Positions 24,749-35,033 of a DNA stretch of 64,000 nt are shown here, piece by piece. Origin of the DNA: Cladosporium halotolerans (taxonomy: Eukaryota). The position numbers were made by a program, and so were the translations under genes. The notes beneath the pieces are model-generated. The model ran no database searches, was not told where the DNA came from, and saw nothing but the letters and a program-made list of their open reading frames with translations. Position 1 is the stretch's first letter; the number at the start of each line of letters is the position of its first letter. The stretch spans positions 186,001 through 250,000 of the forward strand of contig NW_027191460.1 of the NCBI RefSeq assembly GCF_011745625.1, written 5' to 3'.

Positions 24749-25405
24749 GATTGTCTTTGCTACTCCTCATGTTGATGGTTTGCTCCGTCCTCGCAGGCCA
24801 AGACCCACCAATTAATCACCGACGCTCCGAAGTTGCCAGGCACTCAGCCCGACAGCTGTTGGCGAAACCCTTTATGAGCAAACGTTTATTTTCTACTGAC
24901 ACATCTGCTGGCTAACGAAGACAACAGACAATCACAGGTTCACCAGAGCAACAACACCTGCAGGTAAGTCAGCGCCCAATGTCACCCTGAGTCGCATGCA
25001 AGTTTTACGCCAGGCGCGGGCAAGGTGTTTGGCGGACCGAAGACAGCCGTTGGTCCTGCATACGCATTGAGTTTTTTGAGGATTGAGGGGGAGTTCAAGA
25101 GCGTTCTGCGAATATACCCAATTCTTGCTCCAGGTCTTGAGGCGTTTGGCATGAGAGGAGGCGTGTCGGGAATCAAGCCAATACTTCTGCTCTGCTTGAG
25201 TTGCTTTAGGCAGTTTCTTTATACTTCCGATCGACTTTCGTATTCACTGAAATGTTGATGCGATAATGCCAGCAGGCACTCATGCTCGTTCGATGCCATC
25301 CTCGTTCCATGGTCCGATGCCACCCTTTCGCTCACCCGGCCCGACGTTCTCAAAACCTTCCATTGATGCCCTTACCTCTTGAGCAAGCTGCTTTTCTTTT
25401 TCACA

Positions 25406-26325
25406 TCATTTCTCTCCATCGGACTTTATCACGCCTTCGAATCGTCTCTTCCAATAGCTCCATTTCGCCTTGGAGATCATCGTTCTCGGAAACTGTTCAG
25501 CGCCATACCAGGGACATGCCTTGCTGTTCACATTGATGTCAACATGCACTTCCCCGGCCGGCTCTCCATCGCAACGCTTCTGCCACATTTCTCGCCCTGC
25601 TCCCTTCAGCCCCACAAGCGCTACACGAAAGTCAACTCTGACACCTTGCTCGTCGACGACCTCTTTGCCCCAGCAGTTCTGAGACTCTGCCGCATCCCGC
25701 ACCGCCCACATGCCCTGTAACCAGATGTCTCTGATTCCTGAAAGGCTCAGGCGTGCCACGAAGGCACTGACAATGCCCCATGCTTCAACCTTCGGCTCTG
25801 TACAACCGGCGCCGCATCCAGGCGCATCGTTCCATGTCTCGCGAGCGCTGGGTCCGATCAGTGTGAGCGCGCTCCAGAGCTTGCGGTCTTTGAAGACCCA
25901 GTCGTTTGCTAATGCTGGCGGCAAGGTCTCTGGTGAGCTGGGATCCGGACGTGCTTTGAGCGTACGCAAGAGCTCGAGCAGCTTGTCCTGGTTGTCATTA
26001 CCTGCATCATTCCATGGAGATTGCTTTGCAGCGTGTAGTACGCCGTACCACAAGTCCCAAAGACCACATTCTGTACTCCTATCAGAGGTATCTTTCCTCC
26101 CGGGGCGAGCGTGCAATGCCTTTTCGTATGCTTTCTCTATGGTATCGCCAGTTGTTCGGCTGCTTCATGGGCAGTGAGGCCGCTACAGAGGTGCAAGTCA
26201 AGAGTCGTCCGAGTTGGGCCAGATAAGCCCGGCCTGAACCATCCTCGAGCAACGGCGATCTTGTTTATTTGCTCGCTGAAGCTTTTGCAGTTGGTGATGA
26301 TGATTTTGACTTCATCGGGTTGCAT
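25406..26325 (-). pseudogene. DUF3632-like gene with a 1-nt frameshift near 26139 (pseudogene or sequence error)
   Basis: The upstream frame (MQPDEV...EAAEQLAIP*) would continue as IEKAYE...LWDLWYGVLHAAK...QDKLLELL...LWSAL...ARETWND if one A were restored at CCA^TAG. Confidence 0.65.
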
Positions 26326-27095
26326 GTCCCCAGTCGTCCCGCACGGTGTTCTCCAAGCGGACGCCGCTCTGGCTGGATGAAGCAGTTGCAATTCCCGACT
26401 GACGATTTTGCCGCCACGAGAGCTTTCGCCATTTTCCTCGGTGATTTTTGCGCCATGGATACATTTTATTCACCTCTTGATGATATTGAGCGGCAATCTT
26501 TGTCAGAGAGACATTTTCTTTGCATTGAGCTGCTGAATCCTTCGAGAAGGGATGTTGAACGCAATATAATCATCATTGATGGACAGCAACATTTTCTTTG
26601 ACAGTAGGGTTGAGCCGTCAATAGCAAAATTTCCCGCTGTGTAAGCACATCTCTAGCCGGCCTGCAATGCCTACTGCAATTCCCTGGTACGACACATCCG
26701 TGGTACAACACATGCTTTGCCATATGTTCGCGAGGAAGAATGACACCAGTTGTATAGAACTTTCTGATGCCAAAGCTGACTGGATTGATGAGACTGAAGA
26801 TGCTAATGGGAAGTATTGCTACTGGCCTTAGTGGTGAGTGAATTTGGGAAGTCGTTCACGGTTAAGCACAGCTACTGGCTCGGTCTCAGTCGAGATGTTT
26901 TCACTCTTCACGGGGTTTCACATGCCAGAGTGAAGCCACTTGAAGACATGCACACTACAGCCAATCCACGATTCACTTCAAAGTAATACATGTCTCTCAC
27001 CGACGATTACGGTTAAGCTCAAATACACTACGAACTCCTTCAGCTACTTCTTGCTGCTTCGCATCTTCACACCAAACAAAGCATATCACAAAACC

Positions 27096-27485
27096 ATGTC
27101 GACTCCAAGGATGCAGCTCAAATGGTTTATTGAGAGCAATGCCTCAGACTACCCGCCTGAGTTCTCTCTTCGTCACGAACTATCATCGATTCACCTGATC
27201 AGCAAAGAAAACTTGAAGGAAGGCCTGGACTACGCAGTGGAGCTGCTATACTTCTCTTTGCGGGATTCCTGGATGCATTGGGGGCTTCGCCTGCAGCGCG
27301 CTATGGACTCTGGAGTCACTGGCTCGCTCCTTGAGTGCTGGGTCGAGCAACTAAAATGCGAAGAGAGGCGCAGTGACTTATGGCATGAGGCAAAAGAAGC
27401 TCGCGGAGGGAGAACGGCACAGATTGAAGAGAAGCTCATTGCTCTGATCGCGGAAAGATGGTCGATTGAGGCAAAGGAGGTCTAG
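27096..27485 (+). CDS. Small hypothetical helical protein (129 aa)
   Basis: ATG in good fungal context (CAAAACCATG) with an open frame to TAG; amphipathic-looking sequence ending IAERWSIEAKEV. Confidence 0.6.
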   Translation: MSTPRMQLKWFIESNASDYPPEFSLRHELSSIHLISKENLKEGLDYAVELLYFSLRDSWMHWGLRLQRAMDSGVTGSLLECWVEQLKCEERRSDLWHEAKEARGGRTAQIEEKLIALIAERWSIEAKEV

Positions 27486-27839
27486 GAATATCTTGACGTC
27501 TCGCTTGTGTACAGTCGTGCGGCGAGGAGGGAACATGTTAGGGATCGTCCGCGTCCAGGCCAGGAGAACTTTTTTCCGGTCACTATCCTTGAATAAGCAT
27601 ACGAGAGATCTTCAGGTAGTTGCCAAAATTCGAGAAGTTTCAGAACCATCATGTGAAATCTATATGTGAGAATGACACTCAGCTGTCTGTCATGTGAACA
27701 GAAAATCCTAGGCGGTGCCGGAGCGCTTTTGAACACCAACTGATCTTATTAACCTTAAGAGGGATGAACTGCATTCAGTGGAATCGATATATTGCTTGCT
27801 GCTGACAATAAGCTCGGATCTTGGGTTGGATGATTGCCT

Positions 27840-27870
27840 GGGGGTGGGGTTCGCAGGGTTAGGGTTGGGG
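27840..27870 (+). repeat. G-rich telomere-like tract / potential G-quadruplex
   Basis: GGGGGTGGGGTTCGCAGGGTTAGGGTTGGGG: five G-runs including GGGTTAGGGTT. Confidence 0.6.
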
Positions 27871-28227
27871 TAATATCATCATGTAATGAACAGGTAACAA
27901 TAGCTGGAGGGCTAGGCTGTAGCACCCGTAAGGGTTGAATGTGCTTTCTGGTATTTCCAGTCTGCTAGGTTGAATTTCTCCCAGTCCTTAACTCATGTCT
28001 GGCGATGGCGACTTCTAGCTTGCCTGGGACAAATCCCGTGCCAGCATGCTTGCCACAAACGATGACACAGTGTCAGAAGGAATGGTGAGACGTCAGGCAA
28101 TATTTGTGAAGATCACAAACTCCCTCGTTGACTCATCAACAGTCAAGATATTATAAGATGGGTGGCTGCATACGAACGGAGCGAGGGTCACTAATCCTAC
28201 CCACACAACTGACTGAACGGACAAGCG

Positions 28228-28727
28228 ATGGAGTTACACTACATCTCCCGTTACTTGCCTGAGCCACGCATGATACCGACAAGACTGACACCTGTGCAGC
28301 AGCTACAGAGGGCCATCACGGCAAATGGACCGGATGGCAGTACTAGGCAATCCTGGCTTTTCGTCAAGGACGCCTACGTAGGCAGCATATCAGATGAGGA
28401 CATGAACGACGAAATATTCCGCATGAATAGGGTGCTCGATCTCTACACGCAAGCCTTGACAGAGAATTTATCTCAGTTGGCACGATGCTGCACTGCTACA
28501 GCGGAAGACGAGGCTACCCTGTGGCTACGAGAGCTAGGAAAATGATTGCAAAGCTCCCAGAAATAACAAACTTGATGAAAGAACAGAAAGGCCGCGGGAA
28601 GTGTGCAGAGATTGAGCAGGTGGTGCGAGCGAGATGGGAAGTGAAGAGCATGACTCGAGTGATTCTCCGCTCAGCGAATCTGGGGCCGGACATTGAGACA
28701 AATGGCTCTGATTGCTATGCTGCGTAA
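28228..28727 (+). pseudogene. Small hypothetical gene (~166 aa) split by a 1-nt frameshift at ~28540
   Basis: TATTATAAG ~75 nt upstream. GGA AAA TGA becomes GGA AAA ATG ATT GCA if one A is added, joining ...LWLRELGK to MIAKLPEI...VRARWE. Confidence 0.5.
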
Positions 28728-28789
28728 TGCCATCATTGATCCAATGCTGCTCTAATGCAGCTGTCCTAATGTAGTAACTTGTATGAAGC

Positions 28790-30221
28790 CTAAAGTTTCC
28801 TCGCTACCCAGAAGGAGGGCCGGTAATAGTTGGTAAGCATACTCCGGTCATCTAAGATGTATCCTGCAGTTTTGTCGCTCCTTTCCTCATGCCGGAGAAT
28901 CTCGAAACCAAAACGCTGCACAAGAGCAACCATCTCGTCATTTGAGAGTTCGAATGAGCCAGGGTCACCAATGCCTTGGTTGGAAGCACTCGGATCGACC
29001 GTGTCAGCTGCTTCAGCGACGCTGCCACTGTTATGTTTCGCTGCCTGTTTTTCTGCTGGAGTAGGTGAGGATTCAAAGTGCCACAACAATGGGCCTCCAT
29101 TCACCCAAATACCGCCCGGTCTCAGGCAGTTCTTGATCGTCTCAATATAATTGATGACGTTGGGTGCAGTGTCAATGAAGAAACAGGTCGCTACGGCACT
29201 GAAGCTTTCCCGGGTTTCAGGCTGCCGATACAAGACGCAGAAGTCACCAGCAGACATCGACATGCGTTCGCTGTAGTGCAGCTCCGATGCAGACGATGTT
29301 GACTCCAGGAACTCTGCCAGGTGAATATCGGGAATGCCTACGGCACGGAGCTGATTTTCTCTCCTGAGATGGTTGGAAAAGTTTAGTGCCCATGGGTAAA
29401 GGGTGTGTTGCTCTGCTTTTCCGGTACCGTTGAGGATGTAGTAAGAAGCAATCAATTGGTGATAGCTGATCTCGTTACCCTCCACGGTATACCCCTCAGC
29501 GACCAGATCAAATACTAGCCTACCAAGTCCTGCTCCGGGAACGAGGACACGGCTTGCGGAGCGATCTTTGCTCGGTGACGTGTTGAAGTCGGATAGGAAT
29601 CCATGGAGGGTTGTCTTAATAGGTTCGAAGACTTTGCTCAATTCTTGACGGCCTTCATCAGACCAATCACGATACAATTGCCGGATGGTTGATCGAGCCT
29701 TGTCCATGTCGCGAGGCGTCGCAGTACCTTGCCATGACTTGTCGTGCGGGTCAATCCCGTACATAGTCAGGCCAGCTTCCAGGATCGCCTCGGCTATTTC
29801 TGCGTTGGAGTCGATAGCATCATCCACATCCCGAAAGGTTTGCGGCAGCGAGAATGGAGGCTCGGAGAGGATGTCTACATGAGCTGCTGGGAGGCTATAA
29901 AATGCTTGGCGACGAACATGGGTGATGTTGTAGTGAGCAGCTTGCCGGTATTGCCTAAAATGATGGGGATGTGAGAAACATGTCGACAAGGGTTGGAACG
30001 TTTGAGCTGAGAGACGTGCGTTTGTTATGGACACACACGTGGTTATAGCTGTGATTGCTCGCAGTATTGATTGCAAGTCCTTTGCTAATAGCCGAAACAG
30101 GAGTCACGAGAAACGAATAGACAGGGAAGAAGGCCTACCTGAACGAGTCGAGAGCGGCGTGCAGCACCCTTCTCTCCTCTGGATCTGATAGAGGATCAAT
30201 CTCTTCGCGCTGAGCAGCCAT
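28790..30221 (-). CDS. Carnosine N-methyltransferase-like (N2227 family) SAM-dependent methyltransferase; intron 29955-30138
   Basis: DMDKARSTIRQLYRDWS, VLVPGAGLGRL, EGNEISYHQL, TCFFIDTAPN and WVNGGPLLWHF motifs; first exon MAAQREEIDPLSDPEERRVLHAALDSFR. Confidence 0.92.
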
Positions 30222-30435
30222 TCGGCCTACGTCGTCGAGCAAGATTCTTGGATCTTGCCACCGATTGATGGTCAGGATGCGAGGCCGCGTCTGGTCTTTC
30301 TAGTGAAGCGGCGCTTCCCCGCCAAGACCGCCCGCCCTCATGACCTCACATCTAAACATGGCCGCGATTGAGGCAACACCTTGAACACAACCACTTAAAC
30401 ACACTCTCTGGCATTCTGACCCAATCCTCGCAATC

Positions 30436-30897
30436 ATGGCGACTTCAGTATCATCACAGCCGGTTGTGAACGGCACGCATTCACCCACTTCAAAACCGAT
30501 TCAGCTTGCTTTCACCCTCCCGTCAAACCCACATACCAAACTCCATCTCCAACTTACACTGCATTCGCCGACCCTACTTCTGTTCTTAACGACCACGGCC
30601 CCAGACACGGCTTCTCAAGCCACACCTCTCAGTTCGTTTGTCTACGCGTTACCTGATCGGTACAACCCAACGCAGCCGCTTAGCACACCACTTTACACCA
30701 TTCCACAAACTTTGGATTTCACCACGCGCATGGCCAAGCTTTTAGCAAGGAAGACCGCGCGTGCATGCTATGTTGGCAGTAGCGTGGACTTGAGTGGTAG
30801 TGTCCAAGGCGGGATTGTGGAGGAAGAGATGGAGGCGTTCGGCGCTGTGGTGAAGGTTGTCATGGCGGAGGTTGAAAAGGCAAAAGCAACGGGATGA
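30436..30897 (+). CDS. Proteasome assembly chaperone 4-like protein
   Basis: LHLQLT...LLLFLTT...LSSFVYALPDR...PLSTPLY...FTTRMAKLLARK...YVGSS pattern. It is divergent from the methyltransferase with a ~215 bp gap. Confidence 0.75.
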   Translation: MATSVSSQPVVNGTHSPTSKPIQLAFTLPSNPHTKLHLQLTLHSPTLLLFLTTTAPDTASQATPLSSFVYALPDRYNPTQPLSTPLYTIPQTLDFTTRMAKLLARKTARACYVGSSVDLSGSVQGGIVEEEMEAFGAVVKVVMAEVEKAKATG

Positions 30898-31476
30898 CCA
30901 TAACAAGAAACCTGCGAGTTTTGGAGGCCCACCGAGAATAACAACAGTGAAGCTCAGCTGCCACCGAGTGCTCTGTAAAAAGGAGCCCCCCCAGCCGGCC
31001 ACTGCTGGAGGCCAAGAGTTATCCAACCGGAGCCTTTCAACATATCTTTGGCCAATGAACTGGTAAGATTCTTAGATGGCTTCGGGATTGCCTAGCACCG
31101 GGACGAAAGTGCACACAGGGTCTTTCTGGAGGCCCGCCCGACTGGGCAAAGGCCAGTCCAATACCTACGCACAGGGTAGTAATTACTCGAGCTACCGTTC
31201 CTGAAAAGCAACGACTTTTCGATGATCCCAGGAGATTCGCGGGCATGACTCTCAGATACCCTTCTCGGATACGAACAATTTATTCAATCGACCGCCCGCT
31301 GATGGTGATTTTTGGCTCCCACGCTCTATGATCCTTCAATGTCAAGAGGCCAGGCCGCCCCGCAGTCTTCCCCTGGACTACCTCCTAATCGCGCTGGATT
31401 TGCTCTTTCCCTGACAAGTTGCAGGATCAAGTACGCCAAGCTACGTTCCTCCCTCATCTGAAATCAGTACTTCACT

Positions 31477-31582
31477 TCCGATGTGGTCTAGTGGCTAGGA
31501 TTTGTCGCTCTCAATCTTCGGTTCGTCAAGAACTGAGAAGATCAGTGCCGACAAGGCCGGGGTTCAATTCCCCGCGTCGGAA
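31477..31582 (+). tRNA. tRNA-Glu(CTC) with 34-nt intron (31514-31547)
   Basis: Acceptor stem TCCGATG/CGTCGGA, A-box TGGTCTAGTGG, anticodon arm TGTCG-CT-CTC-A[intron]C-CGACA, T-arm GGTTCAATTCC and a downstream T-run. Confidence 0.93.
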
Positions 31583-32720
31583 TAGTCTTTTGCTGTTGGT
31601 AGTTGCATTTTGCTCGAAGGGCTCCACCGGCTCGGCGCTTTGACGGTCAAATTCGCAGCGAAGCCAAAAGGCTAGCACGATGACAGCAAGTCAAAGAGGG
31701 GGCTATGGACGGGACTCACGGGGAAGAAAGCATGGCAGCAACTCAAGCTGATATACACTTATCTCGAGAGATCATGCGAATTGGCTATACTCACAGACAA
31801 TACTATAGCCGCTCATTCTTGAGACCGTCCTGTGCGCGGTCTACGATGCAATGAACAAAAGATCTGCCAAATGTGAGGATTGTGGCATCTTGGACAACCA
31901 TGTAAATGTATGGATTGCGGACAGGAAGTGCGATTCGGGCAACGACGCTAGAGGCGATCCGTGGGGGATGAGGCAATGATAGGTCATTGTGCTTTATCAT
32001 GGGTGGGCGACTGTGAACGAAATGTACTGTAAGGTTCGCTTGGTGGTAGATACCATTTGCCAGACTTGTAACAACATGATTTCCACACGTCAGCAGTGTG
32101 CTCAGCGGGGAGCAGCTCACGATGCATCTGTGTATGATACTCTTGCCGATCGGGGATCATATGATCTGCCGATCGACCATTCAGCCTCGTAAGGCTGTGG
32201 GGAGAGCTGCATCATCTACAGATCGCTTTGCCTTGTTTTGCACGCAATGTTGATCTGTGCTCGGGGAGAGATTCATCCGGAAGTTGGTGAGCGTCTCGTG
32301 CACAAACCAAGCCGAACGTCATGTGGATCTAATGCCAGGAACCAAAGCAAGTCGCTCGGTACCGACGGCATCTCCAGCCTTGGAAGGCTAGCCCTACGAT
32401 TGCAACTTGACGCCATACGTGCAGCACCAAAATGCTCAAGGATCACTGCCATTGGATGACGATCGTCAGAGGGTCTCTAGGCACCACTAAAGCCGTTGCA
32501 AGGAATAGCTGAGCCTGGTATCGTGAAACTAGCACTACTGTGCTCTAGCCTGGGTACCATGACGTTGCACAATAAGCATCTGGGTCGAGAGGGACAGCTA
32601 GAAGGCCATATATAGCTCGTTGGAACTGTCCTCTCCTATCGTTCATCGCTAGCAAGACAAGCCTTCAACTTCAATTCACAACAACCTTCCACCGTACAAC
32701 TACAACAACCGACTTTCAAG

Positions 32721-32962
32721 ATGTCTGGACTCATGGACAAGGCCAAGGACGCCCTCAAGGGCAACGACAAGGCCGAGAAGTTTGCCGACAAGCAGGTCAA
32801 CACTCGTGCGTTCCTCTCCAAAAGCCTTCACAGTTCCATTGGCTAACTTTCCTCAAAGAGGTTGACAATGCCACCGACAGGGCCGGCCTGGGCGACAAGT
32901 ACGACAAGAAGATCTCCGACGGCATCAACAACCAGACCCACGAGCAGGTCTTCAAGAAATAG
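32721..32962 (+). CDS. Small hydrophilic protein (62 aa), hydrophilin/stress-protein-like; intron 32806-32858
   Basis: TATATAG at ~32608, CAAC-rich leader and CAAGATG context. GTGCGT...GCTAAC...AAG intron gives MSGLMDKAKDALKGNDKAEKFADKQVNTQVDNATDRAGLGDKYDKKISDGINNQTHEQVFKK*. Codons are strongly C/G-ending. Confidence 0.85.
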
Positions 32963-33320
32963 ATGTGGAATTGAAGAGGAATTTAGATACCCTAATAATC
33001 GCATGATGTAATGAGAATATTTAATTGAGATCTTCAAACTCGAAATGCGTTAACATTCCATGCTGGGGTTTTAAATCACCGTCCATTGTTGGCAGAGTTG
33101 TCATTGAAGGGCTGATCTCGAAAAGGTTCCTAGTAGGCACGTATCATATCAACATAGCACAAACCGTACAATCCGGCCGATCTGCACACAGGAATAGTCC
33201 TTGAAACAACAGACGCACCGTCCGGTGTAAGCATGCTTAAAAAACATTAACTATCATACCAATGCCCTTGTATTGTACAGATATTAACCCGCGAAGCCGT
33301 AGTCCAACGACGCTGCACGT

Positions 33321-33890
33321 CTATACCGCCCTGCCACGCTTCTGAGCCATGAAGCAAAGCGCAGCCGCAGCGACACACGCAACAAACCCCAAGAACAAGA
33401 ACGCAGCGTCCGCCTCGACAGTCCGACACCGCCCAGCCACTTCCTCCCACCCGTCCATCGAGCAGATTGTGTTGCCTCTGATTTCGACGCAGCCGCCGTT
33501 GACGAGCTCGTTATCGAACGAGTTGTGGTACTCGTCGCTGGTGCCGCAGTCGATGCCCGACAGTTTGACGGCGAATGCCTAGAACTCTCGTCAGCTGGGT
33601 TAGGCTTGAGGTGGTGGTGATGGGTGTGCACTTACGATGCCTCCGGCGAGCATGAGGACCGAGGTCAGGCCGTCGAGTCCGGCCATAATGAGGTTTGGTA
33701 TCGAGTCTATGCGGGCGGCGACTAATCCGATGATCGCGACGAGGACGCCAAACGCACCGACGAAAGCTGCGAAAGCTGTCGTTGCCGGGACGGAGCCGGC
33801 ACCCTGCCACTTCGCAGCGGTGATGGACATGCCGAGCACTATGACGGCCATGATGAGTTGAAGGCCCCGCGTGAGGTAGGTGGCGAGCAT
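33321..33890 (-). CDS. MARVEL-domain four-TM membrane protein; intron 33579-33635
   Basis: LTRGLQLIMAVIVLGMS...AFAAFVGAFG...LDGLTSVLMLAGGI|AFA...RCRTVEADAAFLFLGF; four hydrophobic helices. Confidence 0.85.
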
Positions 33891-35033
33891 TTTGGCTGAT
33901 AGTACGAGTAGCCTGGGGGATTGTTGAACTGGAAATGGGGGAGTTCAAGGACGAAGGAAAGGGCAGTGTGGGAGCAGAGTACAAATAGAAGGCAGCCAAT
34001 GTTTCTTCCCGCCGGCACCATGCGACTTACTGCAGCTCAAGCTACCTGCGATTGCCTCTTCAGACGGCGAAGGGCATCAGAACGGTGCACGGATCGCTCG
34101 ATCATCCCCTGTCAACTCCCTTAGGATCCTATCACAGCCTCTGAAGATGGCCATCATGAGGTGGGATCGTACATCATACAGGTCATGTTACAGAGTGACT
34201 GCCAAGAGCCTAGACGGGCTGCTGCAGATGTTGTGTTGTTCAGCCGGGCTTCGCAGGTATGTCCACTATGCCAAAAGGCAGGCAGCGCAAAGAACCTCCA
34301 CGCAGATCTTCGCGACGCGGTGAACTGCACACTCCGCTGATGGATTATGAACCGACCGCGACCATATCGTCTTCTGGAGTGCCCAGAATAGTATGAAACA
34401 TCCACGGAGTTGAGACACCGTCAGGTTGGAAAGAACCAAAAGGAGCCGTGAAGAGCAGAGATCGTCGTGTTGGCGTTCTAATTAAGGACTGTGAGAAAGC
34501 GGCTTGACCGGTCTGTTGAGTTCCTATCATCGAGCGTAGCGCATGGCGAAGGAATTCAACCGCATGCTAGAAGGCGTCGTGCGACGGATGTGTTTCGAAC
34601 GGCCGAGTGGGGCAGGGCATGGACTTCAAGCTTTGACTGGTGGGAGACGCGGGCCATGACTTTGACCGTGATGGTAAGGCAAACACATGTATGCAGCCTG
34701 ATATATTAGAAGGAATGATCGAAAGGCCTTTGACACGTTTTCCTGGTGTATTTCCTGGAGGTAATTGAAAATTCATAACCGTTAGTGATGCGTTGCGTCA
34801 AACGGTCTGACTTTTGGCATCTTCTTCGTATGTACACCCTCATTCAGTCGCAAAACCTCAAACTCGACTTGCGAAGTCATTCTCGCAAACCATACTGCCC
34901 TCCTTGGATATGCTTGAGCGGCGCTGCCAGTATGTACACCCGATGGTGCCAAGCACTCGTTTCCGTAACGTTCCGAATCCCAGTTCCTCGTGCCATATAA
35001 TCCATCATTCGAAACGCCCCAGCAAACAAGATC

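Noticed and set aside
25500..28200. Telomerase RNA gene on the minus strand using AACCCTAACCC as template
   Set aside because: No downstream ATAAGT-type 3' processing site or recognisable pseudoknot/CR4-5 was found, and the span overlaps plausible ORFs. Kept only as a G4/telomere-like note.
28790..28804. C-terminal ARKL as a peroxisomal PTS1
   Set aside because: The terminal tripeptide RKL does not fit [SAC][KRH][LM].
29955..30138. Long (184-nt) intron as a snoRNA host or stwintron
   Set aside because: No C/D boxes, H/ACA layout or nested splice-site arrangement could be identified.
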